NCBI GenBank assembly: GCA_003388555.1
Contig: QQVD01000018.1
Location: forward strand, 1,274-65,273
Direction of reading: 5' to 3'
Length of the DNA stretch: 64,000 nucleotides
Source: Acidobacteriota bacterium
Lineage (GTDB): Bacteria; Acidobacteriota; Thermoanaerobaculia; Multivoradales; Multivoraceae
The position numbers and the translations under genes were made by a program. Below, piece after piece: positions 20,763-30,969 of the stretch (position 1 is the stretch's first letter; each line of letters begins with the position of its first letter). Under the pieces are notes generated by a model. The model was not told the origin of the DNA and did no database searches. It was given only the letters and a program-made list of their open reading frames with translations.

Positions 20763-22772
20763 TTGCACGACCGCAGCGATGGCATCCGGACGGGCCTCGC
20801 CGGCCGCCTCTCCGAGGCCGGAACGCGGTCGCTCCCGCGACCGGGCGGACGGCGGGCAGGCACTCCCGCCGCGCCGAGTTTCCTTCTCCTGACCGGCGCC
20901 ATGCTGGCGCTCGCCTACCTCCCGTGTCTGGGGCGAGGTTTCGTCAGCGAGGACTTCTTCATCCTCCGGGCCTATGCCGCGGCCGAGCAGGAGGGCGCCA
21001 CGCTGCAGCTGGCGGCACGGCAGTTCGCTGGCCCCTGGCTCGAGCTCGTCCTGGTCGGCTTCTACCGGCCGTTGGGTTCGGCACTGCTGCAGTCTCTGTG
21101 GGTGGTGTTCGGGACGTGGTCCACGGGCTACCTCGTGGCGCACGGCGCTCTGCACCTGCTGAACGCCTGGCTGGTGGCGGACCTGACCGCGACCCTCTGT
21201 CGCGGCCGCGATCCAGGCGGCGCTGCGCCGAGAGCGACCACCCTGCCGGCGTCGCTCGCCGGTCTGGTGTTCGCGCTGCACCCGATGCATCCCAACGCGG
21301 TGCTGTTCGTCGCCAGCTACGCCACGCTGTACGGCGTGACTCTGGCGCTGCTGGCGCTGCGTTGGGCGATGAGCGGGCGTCAGATGGCCGCCAGCGTCGC
21401 CACCGGCGCGGCTCTGCTCGTCTACGAGCAGGCAGCGGTGCTGCCGGCGCTGCTGCTGCTCCTCGACCTGATCGCCCCGTCACGCTCGGGCGCCGTGCGG
21501 GGTCGTGGGCGCCAGCTGGGCCTCCTGGCCCGTCGACACGCTCCACGCTGGGCGCTCCTGGCGACCTACCTGGCGATCCGTCGCGGCGCGCTCGGAGAGA
21601 CGCTCGCAGGCTACGAGAGCTACTCGCGCGACCTCGGCTGGGATCGGCTGGCATCGACGACCGCCTGGCTCGCCGACTCGCTGGGGCGCGCACTGGTGCC
21701 GACATTCCAACTCGATGCGCTGGCCGGGACGATCGGCGGATTGGCCCTGGCGGTCCCACCTCTGCTCACGGTGGCGCTGGTCCTGCGGAGTGGCGGCGGT
21801 ACTGCGGGGCACCTCGCCGGAGCGCGCGCGGTGGCCTTCGGAGGGGTCGCGGCTGTGTTGTCGTTGCTGCCCTTTGCAGCCGGGCCGGGAGTGGTGTTCG
21901 GCAACGGTCGATACCTCTATCTGGCGACCGCCGGCACGGCATGTCTGCTCGGTGGCCTCGCCGCGCTGCTCGGCCACCGTGCGGACGAGACTGCGGCGAT
22001 CCCACCTCGCCGACGGCGCTCGCTGCGCTCCCTTCTTACGACGCTGCTCTGCATCGGTCTGCTGGCCGGCTACACCCTGCAACTGCTCGATCTGACGAGG
22101 CTCTACGGCGCCGCCGGCGCGGTGGCGGAAGAGGTGAGGTCCGCGGTGGCCGAGGCGGCGGGGAACCGGCCGTCCGCGCTGCACTTCGTTGCCGGTGCGC
22201 CGCGCTTCCTCGACCACGAGGGAGTCCCGGCGGCCCAGGTGCTGCACTGGGGCCTCGCCGACTCCCTGCTGCCGCCGTTCACCGGCGAGCCGGTCGTCAC
22301 CTACCCGGTCCCGGACGTCGACCGGTCGCTGCTGCAGCCCCTCTTCGAGAGCGCCGGCCCACCGCACGACCGGACAGCCTGGCGGTGGGTCGACGGTGCC
22401 CTGCAGCGGTGGGGGCCACCGACCGCGCCTCCACTGCCCGCGCTCGAGGTCGAATGGCAGAGCGCGACCGCCGGCGAGGCGACCGGTCGAACGGCCACCC
22501 GGTCGCTGCACGGGCTGGTGCGCGCCGGCTCGGCGGAGACGCCGCAGTACACCGACTTCCGCCTCGTGGTGGTGACCCGCGCCGCCTACCACGTCGAGAG
22601 GGTGCGCGGCGATGCAGCGAGCGGAAGCGTCGCCTTCGCGCTCCCCGCACCGCTCCTGGCGAGCTCGCGACGGCTCTACGGCGACACCCGGCCGGTGGCC
22701 TTCTGGTGGCTGGTGGCCGTCGACGCGGCCGGCCACCCGACGGCCGTCAGCGCGCTGCACACGGTGCACTGA
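20763..22772 (+). CDS. Polytopic integral membrane protein, possibly a GT-C-fold glycosyltransferase (ArnT/PMT-like)
   Basis: 669 aa, more than 10 predicted TM helices in the N-terminal two thirds, soluble C-terminal region. Third codon positions are G/C-dominated as in the other genes here. Family assignment tentative. Transcribed opposite to the flanking rapZ and hprK. Confidence 0.65.
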   Translation: MHDRSDGIRTGLAGRLSEAGTRSLPRPGGRRAGTPAAPSFLLLTGAMLALAYLPCLGRGFVSEDFFILRAYAAAEQEGATLQLAARQFAGPWLELVLVGFYRPLGSALLQSLWVVFGTWSTGYLVAHGALHLLNAWLVADLTATLCRGRDPGGAAPRATTLPASLAGLVFALHPMHPNAVLFVASYATLYGVTLALLALRWAMSGRQMAASVATGAALLVYEQAAVLPALLLLLDLIAPSRSGAVRGRGRQLGLLARRHAPRWALLATYLAIRRGALGETLAGYESYSRDLGWDRLASTTAWLADSLGRALVPTFQLDALAGTIGGLALAVPPLLTVALVLRSGGGTAGHLAGARAVAFGGVAAVLSLLPFAAGPGVVFGNGRYLYLATAGTACLLGGLAALLGHRADETAAIPPRRRRSLRSLLTTLLCIGLLAGYTLQLLDLTRLYGAAGAVAEEVRSAVAEAAGNRPSALHFVAGAPRFLDHEGVPAAQVLHWGLADSLLPPFTGEPVVTYPVPDVDRSLLQPLFESAGPPHDRTAWRWVDGALQRWGPPTAPPLPALEVEWQSATAGEATGRTATRSLHGLVRAGSAETPQYTDFRLVVVTRAAYHVERVRGDAASGSVAFALPAPLLASSRRLYGDTRPVAFWWLVAVDAAGHPTAVSALHTVH

Positions 22773-22787
22773 GCTCCAGCCGGGCGG

Positions 22788-23783
22788 CTAGCGACCCCGG
22801 CGCTTCGGGCCACCACGCTTGCCGGCGCTGATCTCCAGCTCGTGCTCGAGAGCTCGCGCGAACTCTCGCGCCGAGTGATGTCCCTCCAGCTTGAGGACGT
22901 GGTTGCGGGCCGCGATCTCGACCAGGTTGGAGATCGAGCGACCGGTGGCCACCGGCATCAGGATGTAGGGCACTGGAGTCTCGAGGATCTCGTAGAGCGT
23001 CTCCTCGAGGCCGAGCCGGTCGTAGGCGCGATCGCCCTCCCAGGGCTCGAGCTCGATCACCAGGTCGATCGAGTGGCGCTGACGCACCGCGGCGAGCCCG
23101 AAGAGGTCCTTCACGTTGATGATCCCCAGGCCGCGAAGTTCCATGTGGTGCGCCAGACGCTCGCCGGCGTTGCCGATGAGCTCACCGTTCGGGTAGCGCT
23201 TCATCTGCACGCTGTCGTCGCTGATCAGGCTGTGTCCCTTGGTGATCAGGTCGAGGGCGCACTCGCTCTTGCCGACCCCGCTGGAGCCGATCAGCAGGAC
23301 GCCGAGGCCGTAGATCTCGAGCAGCACTCCGTGCATGGTGTGACTCGGCACCAGATGCTCTTCGAGGAAGTAGCTGATCTCCTTGATCACCACCGAGGAG
23401 AGGCTGGAGGAGGAAAGCACCGGGATCTCCCGTTCACCGCAGAGCTCCAGGAACTCGTCGAACGGCGGGATCCCCTTGGTGACCACGAACACCGGCACCT
23501 CGAGCGCGGTGATCCGCTCGAACCGCTCGAGGCGATCCGCGGGCTCGAGGGTGCCCAGATAGGCGGTCTCGCTCTCGCCGATGATCTGCACCCTGCCCGG
23601 CTTGATGTAGTCGTAGTAGCCGGCGAACGCCAGGCCGGGTTTCTGGACCCGCGGGTTGGTTATGCGCCGGTCGAGTCTGTGCTCGGCGCAGAGAACCCGC
23701 AGGTGCAGCGGGTTGAGCTCGTCGGTCAGCAGCTCGCTGACCGGCACCGAGTCCAGCTGTTTCAGGGTGGGAGCCTGGACCAC
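22788..23783 (-). CDS. hprK: HPr kinase/phosphorylase
   Basis: 331 aa, Walker A GSSGVGKSE, HprK signature (…LHHMELRGLGIINV…VPYILMPVATGRS…). Confidence 0.93.
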   Translation of the reverse strand: MVQAPTLKQLDSVPVSELLTDELNPLHLRVLCAEHRLDRRITNPRVQKPGLAFAGYYDYIKPGRVQIIGESETAYLGTLEPADRLERFERITALEVPVFVVTKGIPPFDEFLELCGEREIPVLSSSSLSSVVIKEISYFLEEHLVPSHTMHGVLLEIYGLGVLLIGSSGVGKSECALDLITKGHSLISDDSVQMKRYPNGELIGNAGERLAHHMELRGLGIINVKDLFGLAAVRQRHSIDLVIELEPWEGDRAYDRLGLEETLYEILETPVPYILMPVATGRSISNLVEIAARNHVLKLEGHHSAREFARALEHELEISAGKRGGPKRRGR

Positions 23784-23850
23784 TGGGTCGCCTCCGTGGG
23801 GGCGGAGCGGAGCGAAGCCCGCCTCCGGCCGATGGACTCAGAGATGGACG

Positions 23851-25821
23851 TCAGAAGACCTGCTTGCGATCGGTCGAGGACGGGATGTTCAGCTCGTCGC
23901 GATACTTGGCCACCGTGCGCCGCGCGATGTTGATGCCCTCCGCGTTGAGCCGCCGCATCAGCGCCGAATCGGACAGAGGCTTCTTGGGGTTCTCGCCCTC
24001 GATGAAGTGCTTGAGCTTGCGCTTGACGCTGAGCGACGAGACGTCCTCGCCCTGGTCGCTGTCGATGCCGCTGTGGAAGAAGAACTTCATCGGGTAGAGG
24101 CCGCGCGGAGTGTGGATGTACTTGTTCGACACCACCCGGCTGACCGTCGACTCGTGCATGCCGATGTCCTCGGCGACGTCGCGCAGGACCATCGGTCTCA
24201 GATGCTCGATGCCGCCGTCCAGGAAGCCCCGCTGCTGCTTGACGATCGAGTTCGCCACCTTGTAGATGGTGCGCTGCCGCTGATCGAGACTCTTGATCAG
24301 CCAGATCGCCGAGCGCATCTTCTCGCGCAGGTACTGCTGGGCGTCACTCTCGCGCCCCTCGGCGCGCATCTTCTGCAGCATCCTGCGGTACGCCTTGCTC
24401 ACTCGCAGGCGCGGCATGCCGTCGTCGTTGATCTGGATCACGTACTCGCCGCCGACCTTGACCACCGCGACGTCGGGCTCCACGTACTGTGGTCCCGAGC
24501 CGCCGAAGCGACGCCCGGGTCTGGTGTCGAGCCTCTTGATCCTCTCGAACGGCTCCTCGAGATCGGCGAGAGGACGCCCCATCGACTTGGCGATGGCGGC
24601 GAACTGCCGCTTCAGCAGACGGTCCCAGTCCTGCTCGATCAGCTCGTAGGCGAGGGTCTCGTCCTCTCCCGCCGCTCGCAGCTGCAGCAGCAGGCTCTGG
24701 CGCAGATCCACTGCACCGATGCCCGGCGGGTCGAGCGCCTGGATCAGCTCGATCGCCGATTCCACCGCGGCGCGCGGGTAGCCGGGGACCTCGGGACGCT
24801 GCGACGGGTCGGCGGACGCCGGATCGGGCGCTCCGGCCGCACCGACCGGCTCCCTGCCGGCCTCGTCCTCGAGCACGGCGACGCCGGCCCCTGCATCGAC
24901 CGCCTCGACCGAGTCGGCTGAGTCGACCCGTGAGCTGGCGACGCTCTGCGCCCGCAGGCCGGACGAGGCCACCGAGGCGACTCGTTGAGCCTGCGGCACC
25001 GCCGCCTCGCTGCGACGCTCGAGCTCCTCGAGCGAGGCATCCTCCGGGTCCGGCGTGCTGTCGCCTCCGTCGCGGGGCTCCTCGCGACGCTCGTCGTCCT
25101 TCCCGGCGCCGGCCTCGTGTGCACGCAGCCAGCGGCGGTGCGCCTCGAGGCGGCGCTCGTACTCGCTCCTCTCCTCGTCGCTGGCGGCGAGGAGCTGGAT
25201 CTCCTCCACCGAGGCGCGCAGGAAACCGTCCTCGTTGAGGTTGCCGATCACGACCTCCGCCAGCTCGCGGTCGAGCGGCTCGAGGTCCATCATGCGGATC
25301 TGCCACAGCAGGTGGTCGGAGAGCTCCGGCCCGGCACTGATGGTGTTCTCCAGCGGCGCGGCCTCGCGCAACTCGAAGGTCGAGGCCGCGGTCGATCCTG
25401 CACCGTCGAGGTAGTCGTTGAAGTAGGCGTCGATGTCGATGTCGTCGAGCGACTCGAGGTCCTCGCTCTCCTGCTCCTTGTCGTCGGCCTCGGCAGCGGG
25501 CTCGTCGGCCTCGCGCTCCTGCTGGCCGTCGGTTCGATCCGCTGCGTCGTCGCTGCGGGCATCGTCCTCGCCGGCCTGGGCTTCGGAGTCCGGCCCCTCG
25601 TCGCTGCCGCCGTCCGCCGCCTCGGGCTCCTGGTCGACGCCCTTCTCGTCGTCCTCGAGATCCTCCATCTGCTCCAGCATGGGGTTCTCGGTGAGCTCCT
25701 CGGTGATCACGCCTTCGAGCTCCAGGCGGGTCATCTGCAGCAGCTTGATCGCCTGCTGCAGCGACGGCGTCATCACCAGCCGCTGGGAGAGTTTCAGCGA
25801 GAGCTTCTGTTCTAGGGCCAT
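23851..25821 (-). CDS. rpoN: RNA polymerase sigma-54 factor RpoN, with an unusually long acidic/Ser-rich region II
   Basis: ORF trimmed to ATG 25821 (MALEQKLSLKLSQRLVMTPSLQQAIKLLQM…). C-terminal RpoN box (ARRTVAKYRDELNIPSS) and HTH. About 656 aa owing to an expanded low-complexity insert of roughly 250 aa. Confidence 0.93.
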   Translation of the reverse strand: MALEQKLSLKLSQRLVMTPSLQQAIKLLQMTRLELEGVITEELTENPMLEQMEDLEDDEKGVDQEPEAADGGSDEGPDSEAQAGEDDARSDDAADRTDGQQEREADEPAAEADDKEQESEDLESLDDIDIDAYFNDYLDGAGSTAASTFELREAAPLENTISAGPELSDHLLWQIRMMDLEPLDRELAEVVIGNLNEDGFLRASVEEIQLLAASDEERSEYERRLEAHRRWLRAHEAGAGKDDERREEPRDGGDSTPDPEDASLEELERRSEAAVPQAQRVASVASSGLRAQSVASSRVDSADSVEAVDAGAGVAVLEDEAGREPVGAAGAPDPASADPSQRPEVPGYPRAAVESAIELIQALDPPGIGAVDLRQSLLLQLRAAGEDETLAYELIEQDWDRLLKRQFAAIAKSMGRPLADLEEPFERIKRLDTRPGRRFGGSGPQYVEPDVAVVKVGGEYVIQINDDGMPRLRVSKAYRRMLQKMRAEGRESDAQQYLREKMRSAIWLIKSLDQRQRTIYKVANSIVKQQRGFLDGGIEHLRPMVLRDVAEDIGMHESTVSRVVSNKYIHTPRGLYPMKFFFHSGIDSDQGEDVSSLSVKRKLKHFIEGENPKKPLSDSALMRRLNAEGINIARRTVAKYRDELNIPSSTDRKQVF

Positions 25822-25835
25822 ACCGTTCGGGATTC

Positions 25836-25852
25836 TTGCATAGATCTTGCAA
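25836..25852. promoter_or_regulatory. AT-rich near-palindromic element TTGCATAGATCTTGCAA, 15 nt upstream of the rpoN start codon
   Basis: Direct reading. Two TTGCA arms around a central AGATCT. Locally AT-rich in a 70% GC background. Confidence 0.3.
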
Positions 25853-26072
25853 AGACTGGGCTTCGGCTGGGCACCGGAAGAGAGTTCCCGATGTCGGGTC
25901 CAGGCCCGAGCCGCCCGCGGATCGCCTGCAGGTCGGGGCCCGCTGCCGCAGCGCTGCCGCAGCGCCGCCGCAGCACCGCCGTGCACGTCGTCTCCAGGTC
26001 GATCGGGCCGCTCGCCGGGCAGAGCCCCGGTGAGGCTTCGCGGTCGGCTCCGGCACGGCGCCGGTGGGCGCG

Positions 26073-26789
26073 TCAGAGCCGGAATCCGTCTCCCAGGTAG
26101 ATCTTGCGCACCTGCGGGTCGGAGGAGAGCACCTCCGGAGAGCCGGCACGGAGGATCTCGCCGTTGTTGATGATGTAGGCGCGGTCCGTGATGCTGAGCG
26201 TCTCGCGCACGTTGTGATCGGTGATCAGGATGCCGATCCCCATGTTGCGCAGATGTCGGACGATCTGCTGGATGCCGAGGACCGCCTTGGGATCGATGCC
26301 GGCGAAGGGCTCGTCGAGCAGCACGAAGCGGGGATCGATGGCGAGCGCACGAGCGATCTCGACTCTCCGACGCTCGCCGCCGGAGAGCTCGTGGCCGAAG
26401 GACTTGCGCACCCGCTCGAGGTCGAGCTCGTGGATCAGCTGGTCGATCCTCCGACGCATCTCGGCGCTCGTCAGGCTCTGGGTCTCGAAGACCGCTCGCA
26501 GGTTGTTCTCCACCGACATCTTGCGGAAGACCGACGGTTCCTGTGGCAGGTAGCTCAGACCGCGCTGAGCCCGCAGGTACATCGGCAGATCGGAGATCTC
26601 CTCATCGTCGAGGAAGATGCGACCGCGGTCGGGTCGGGTGAGACCGACGACCATGTAGAAGGTGGTGGTCTTGCCGGCGCCGTTCGGGCCGAGCAGACCG
26701 ACGACCTCTCCCTGGTGCACCTGGATCGACACGTCCTTCACCACGGCTCTGCCGCGGTAGACCTTGCGCAGCCCCTGCGCCCGGATCAC
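26073..26789 (-). CDS. lptB: LPS export ABC transporter ATP-binding protein LptB
   Basis: Walker [13 protein letters not shown] signature [15 protein letters not shown], Walker [13 protein letters not shown]-terminal [10 protein letters not shown] as in E. coli LptB. Start set at in-frame GTG 26789 by alignment ([11 protein letters not shown]…). ORF extends to ATG 26972, so the start is uncertain. Confidence 0.88.
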   Translation of the reverse strand: MIRAQGLRKVYRGRAVVKDVSIQVHQGEVVGLLGPNGAGKTTTFYMVVGLTRPDRGRIFLDDEEISDLPMYLRAQRGLSYLPQEPSVFRKMSVENNLRAVFETQSLTSAEMRRRIDQLIHELDLERVRKSFGHELSGGERRRVEIARALAIDPRFVLLDEPFAGIDPKAVLGIQQIVRHLRNMGIGILITDHNVRETLSITDRAYIINNGEILRAGSPEVLSSDPQVRKIYLGDGFRL

Positions 26790-26940
26790 CGCTCCGGCGG
26801 GCAGTCGGTCCGCGCCTTCCCGATCGACCTCCGCCGACACGTCGGCCGGCACCACCTCGATCGATGGTCCCGGCGCAGCCTCCTCGCCGCCGCCGTCCCT
26901 GACCTCGGACGCCGGCGGGCGCGCGTCGTCGGCCGGACGC

Positions 26941-29124
26941 CTACGAGTCCGTCGGCGCTGCGCCACCGGCATCCCCCATCTTGAACAGACCGCTCTCCAT
27001 GCTGTACCAGAGCCGGTAGCCCGCGACCTTGCCGACGGCCGGATCCTCGAGGGTCAGAGGTTCCCCGAACAGGATCACCTCGCCACGCGACAGATCGTAC
27101 TCGGCACGCTCCGCACGGATGGTCCGCGACGAGGCCGGATCGACGATCCTGGCGCTGCCGAGGCAGTGCATCTTGTCGGCGTTCTGGTTCGCGTCGAGCT
27201 CGACCTCCATCCGATCGCAGGAGATCCTGCGCTGGTTCTGCAGCGCCACCACCTCTCCTTGATACACCAGCTCCTCCGATGCCTCCGAGTAGGTCAGGAT
27301 GTCGGAGGTCACTTCGATCTGGCGCGGCCCCGTCGGCTCGAGATCGCTGGCCTGTCGCCCGTCGGCCGCGTCCCCGGCCGTTGCCCCCGCCTCGGCTCGG
27401 GCCTGGGCACTGGTGGTCAGCAGGCTTCGCACGCCGCCGGATGCCGCCAGCTCGGTGCCGTCGCTGCTGCCGCGCAGCTGATCCGCGAACAGCACACTGG
27501 CGCCGGACCAGGCACGCACCTGGTCGCGGAACAGGAACTCGGAGCTGCCCCTACGCAGCAGTGCCTCCTGCGCCTCCACCCTCACCGGCTCGTCGCCGTC
27601 GCCGAGGGGGCCGCGCGCCACCGCGCCGGTGGCCGGCGCCAGCTCGGAGCGCACCCCGCCGCGGGCGAGCAGGAGCCCGGTGTCCTGGTTGAACGTCACC
27701 CGTGGCGCTCGCAACTCGCCCTGGTCGCTGAACAGCTCGACCTCGGGAGCCCCGATCAGCTCGATCCGATCCTGCACCAGCTGCATCTCGGCGCGCGCGG
27801 CCACCGCTCGCAGGTCGCCTTCGCGCAGCGTCACCGCATCACGCAGCTCGGCCAGGGCGAGCTTGCCGGCGCCGTCGAACTCGGCGTGCAGGCTCTTCGC
27901 CGTCGCTTCGCGCAGCGGCCGGTCCGGCGCGGCGTTGTCGAGCTCCACCAGCTCGACGTCGCCGAGTGCGTCGATCGACCGCGGCTTGCGTTCGTCGAAC
28001 CCGACGCGGATCCCCGAGGCGGTGACCCGGCGGGTCAGGCCGCTGCCGTCGTCGGCGGCGAAGACCGCGGGCAACTTGCGCACGCCTTCGAGGTCGAGAG
28101 ACTCGATCTCCGAGCGCCGGTTGAGCGCCAGCGCCAGGCTTGCGCCGCGGAAACGGGCGCCCGAGCCCGGCAGCAGCTCGTCCTCCGAACCGGTCGTCTC
28201 GTCCTCCTCCGTCTCGTCCTCGAACGCCAGGTCGTCGAGCTCGTCCGCCTCTGCGCCGCTCCGAGCCCCGGCGGCGGACGCCGCTCCCCGCGCGCCGACG
28301 TCCTCTTCGAGGGCGGCGATCGAGCTCGCCGCGACCAGGCCGCGGACCTTCCACAGCGCCCGGACGTAGCGCACGATGTCCTCGACCTCGTCCAGGTACA
28401 GCGAGAGCCGCTCGCTGCGCAGCTCGTCGGGACCGCGCCGGACGACGACCCGCCCCTGGGCTCGCGCCAGGCGGTTCGCCTGCAGGTAGAGGACCTCCTG
28501 CGCCCGCAGCCGCAGCGCCGGCTCGACCCCGTCGCGCGATCGCACCAGCACGCCACCACGCAGCAGCACGGTCTCCTCGACGAAGTCCATCCGGAAGTGC
28601 GTCGCGCGACCGACCAGGTCGGCACCGAGCTCGAAGCGCGTGCCGCGAGATGTCTCCAGCAGGTTGCCGTTGTGCGACAGCTCGAGCCACTCTGTGTAGA
28701 GCTTCATGCCTCCGGGGTCGACCACCACCACTTCGCCCTCGAGCCGGGCCTCGCCGCGGACCTGGTTGTACTCCGCCTTCCTGCTGTAGATCCGGTAGAG
28801 GCCGTCGGCGCGCGAGAAGGACAGCTCGACGCCCTCGAGGAAGACGTTGTCCTCACGATCGGCCAGCAGCCTCTCGCCGGCGATCTCGAACAGGGTGCGC
28901 CCCTCCTGCTCGAAGGTCTTGCGGAAGCCCGTCGAGACGACCGCGGCGTCGGTGTCGTCGCCGCGCAGGTCTCCCGGCACCGAGGAGTCGCCGGAGCCCT
29001 GCCCTCCCAGCACCTGGCCCCGGTTGAGGACGAGCAACACCACCAGCCCGCCGAGGGTGGCCAGGAAGGTGAGCAGGAGAGCAGTGCGGAGGAGCCGCAA
29101 CGAGGCGCGGCCGGGGCGAGCCAT
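26941..29124 (-). CDS. LptC/LptA-family (OstA-like) LPS transport protein, apparent LptC-LptA fusion with an acidic low-complexity linker
   Basis: 727 aa with N-terminal signal anchor ([17 protein letters not shown]) and repeated OstA-like beta-jellyroll segments. C-terminal LptA-like region (…[12 protein letters not shown]…[15 protein letters not shown]…). Internal linker [17 protein letters not shown]. Immediately upstream of lptB, as in the canonical lptC-lptA-lptB-rpoN order. Confidence 0.68.
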   Translation of the reverse strand: MARPGRASLRLLRTALLLTFLATLGGLVVLLVLNRGQVLGGQGSGDSSVPGDLRGDDTDAAVVSTGFRKTFEQEGRTLFEIAGERLLADREDNVFLEGVELSFSRADGLYRIYSRKAEYNQVRGEARLEGEVVVVDPGGMKLYTEWLELSHNGNLLETSRGTRFELGADLVGRATHFRMDFVEETVLLRGGVLVRSRDGVEPALRLRAQEVLYLQANRLARAQGRVVVRRGPDELRSERLSLYLDEVEDIVRYVRALWKVRGLVAASSIAALEEDVGARGAASAAGARSGAEADELDDLAFEDETEEDETTGSEDELLPGSGARFRGASLALALNRRSEIESLDLEGVRKLPAVFAADDGSGLTRRVTASGIRVGFDERKPRSIDALGDVELVELDNAAPDRPLREATAKSLHAEFDGAGKLALAELRDAVTLREGDLRAVAARAEMQLVQDRIELIGAPEVELFSDQGELRAPRVTFNQDTGLLLARGGVRSELAPATGAVARGPLGDGDEPVRVEAQEALLRRGSSEFLFRDQVRAWSGASVLFADQLRGSSDGTELAASGGVRSLLTTSAQARAEAGATAGDAADGRQASDLEPTGPRQIEVTSDILTYSEASEELVYQGEVVALQNQRRISCDRMEVELDANQNADKMHCLGSARIVDPASSRTIRAERAEYDLSRGEVILFGEPLTLEDPAVGKVAGYRLWYSMESGLFKMGDAGGAAPTDS

Positions 29125-29133
29125 GCGGTCATT

Positions 29134-30969
29134 CTATGGTCCGCTCGGCGGCGCCCCGTGCGCCTCGCCGCTGTGTCGACGCAGCTCGCGGACCACCAGC
29201 GTGGGACAGCCGAGATAGTCGTCCCAGCTGAGCTCACCGAGGATCTCGTAGGGCCCGTCGGCGGCGGTCTGCTGCAGACGCTCACCGTGCCAGGCCACCA
29301 GCGGCAACCTGGCCCCCTTGCGGTCACGGGCCATCAGCTTCAGGTGCCCGTTGCCGAAGACCCGCGGCGGGACGACGTTCTCGAGCGGACCGAGGCGGAT
29401 CATCGGTACCGGGTTGCCCGGACCGTAGGGCTCGAGTCGTTGCAGGGTGACGAAGAGGTCCCGATCGACCCGGGCGGCGGAGTCGAAGTCCAGCTCGTAG
29501 GGCAGCCGACGCTGGAGGACCTCGGGCGCCCAGAGCGCTGCGCGCTGCCAGGCCTCGCGCAGCTCCTCGAGCTGCTCGGCGCGCACCGTGAGCCCGATGG
29601 CGTGCTCGTGTCCACCGAAGCGCTCGAGTCGCTCCCGCCAGGGAGCCAGGAAGTCGTAGAGGTGCACACCGTCGATCGATCGTCCCGAACCGGTGGCCAC
29701 GCCGTCCTCGACCGCCAGCAGGAGCGTCGGCCGGTGCAGCTCGCGGGCCAGCCGCCCGGCAGCGATGCCCACCACACCGCGGTGCCACTCCTCGCTCCAT
29801 GCCACCAGGATGCCGGGCAGACCGGAGTCCGGCGGCGCCATCGTGGCGACCGAGGCGACGTCGGCCTCGTTCCCGATGCCCAGCACGGCGGCACGCGCCT
29901 GCTCGAGCACCCGACGCTCCTCACCCTGACGACGCTGGTTCCAGCCGTCCAGCGCCTCGGCGAGGCGACGTGCCTCGGCGGCGTCGGTGGTCAGCAACAG
30001 GTCGAGGGCGTGCTGTGCCGAGTCGAGCCGCCCCGCCGCGTTGATCCGCGGACCGAGCCGGAACCCCACGTCCTGCGCCCGCATCGGAGACTTCACCCCG
30101 GCCACCCGCACCAGCTCACGAAGCCCTGGCGATCGCGCCTCGTCGAGGGCGCGCAGCCCGAGCGCCGCGATGGTGCGGTTCTCTCCCACCAGTGGCACGA
30201 CGTCGGCGATCGTGCCGAGTACCGCGATGCGTAGCAGAGCCGCGATCGGCGGCGTTCGACCGAGCGAGACGTAGAGCGCGCAGGCCAGTTTGAACGCCAG
30301 GCCGGCTCCGCAGAGCTCGGCGTTGGCGTAGCGGTTCCCGGGCTGCTTGGGATTGATCTGCACCACGTCGCCCGGGAAGTCCCGACCCGGGAGATGGTGG
30401 TCGGTGACGATCACGTCGATGCCGACGCTGCGCGCCGCCGCGATCGCCGCCGCCGAGGTGGTACCGCAGTCCACCGTCACGATCAGCGAGCAGCCGAGAC
30501 GCTGTGCCTCGTCGACCTGGCGCTGCCGGAAGCCGTAGCCGTCGCGCATGCGATGCGGCAGGATCTGCTCGGTGCCGATGCGGCACGCCTTCAGAGCCGC
30601 GCTGAGCAGGGCGGTCCCGGAGACCCCGTCGACGTCGTAGTCACCGACCACCGCGACCCGCTCTCCGTGCAGCCGTGCCCGCTGCAGACGCTCGACGGCC
30701 TCCCGCATTCCGCGCAGCTCGAACGGATCGAGCAGCTGGTCGACGTGGGGCGACAGGAAGCGCTCGGCCTGCTCGAGCGTGCGCACGCCGCGCCGTGCCA
30801 GCATGCCGGCGAGCTCGGCCTCGATCCCGCCGGCGACGAGCACGTCGGCAGGTGCCGGCCACGCCGCGGGTTCCCACGCGGCGGCGGGCGTCGTGGCGAC
30901 CGGCACCTCCCCGAGTGCGGCGTCCTCGACCGTCGGGTCGGTACTCGGGTCATCCACCGTGAGATCCAC
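29134..30969 (-). CDS. recJ: Single-stranded-DNA-specific exonuclease RecJ
   Basis: 611 aa, DHH motifs (VAVVGDYDVDGVSGTALL, IVTVDCG, VIVTDHHLPG) and DHHA1 (GGHEHAIGLT). Confidence 0.93.
   Translation of the reverse strand: MDLTVDDPSTDPTVEDAALGEVPVATTPAAAWEPAAWPAPADVLVAGGIEAELAGMLARRGVRTLEQAERFLSPHVDQLLDPFELRGMREAVERLQRARLHGERVAVVGDYDVDGVSGTALLSAALKACRIGTEQILPHRMRDGYGFRQRQVDEAQRLGCSLIVTVDCGTTSAAAIAAARSVGIDVIVTDHHLPGRDFPGDVVQINPKQPGNRYANAELCGAGLAFKLACALYVSLGRTPPIAALLRIAVLGTIADVVPLVGENRTIAALGLRALDEARSPGLRELVRVAGVKSPMRAQDVGFRLGPRINAAGRLDSAQHALDLLLTTDAAEARRLAEALDGWNQRRQGEERRVLEQARAAVLGIGNEADVASVATMAPPDSGLPGILVAWSEEWHRGVVGIAAGRLARELHRPTLLLAVEDGVATGSGRSIDGVHLYDFLAPWRERLERFGGHEHAIGLTVRAEQLEELREAWQRAALWAPEVLQRRLPYELDFDSAARVDRDLFVTLQRLEPYGPGNPVPMIRLGPLENVVPPRVFGNGHLKLMARDRKGARLPLVAWHGERLQQTAADGPYEILGELSWDDYLGCPTLVVRELRRHSGEAHGAPPSGP

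Noticed and set aside
20924-22831. 635-aa + ORF in an alternative frame of the membrane-protein gene 20763..22772, and other overlapping ORFs
   Set aside because: Arg/Gly/Ala/Pro-rich low-complexity translations. The 20763 frame has the coherent multi-TM hydropathy pattern and G/C-dominated third codon positions.
23851-25986. N-terminal extensions of ORF-track entries for rpoN, rapZ, dnaB, priA, lspA, cysS, tolQ and the TIGR00266-like gene
   Set aside because: The extended N-termini are unconserved low-complexity sequence. Several would overlap upstream genes. Starts were moved to the first start codon consistent with the conserved family N-terminus.
26764-30234. 1156-aa + strand ORF
   Set aside because: Antisense to lptC/A-like and recJ, both well supported. 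Translation is low-complexity (Arg/Gly/Ala/Pro). Classic high-GC shadow ORF.
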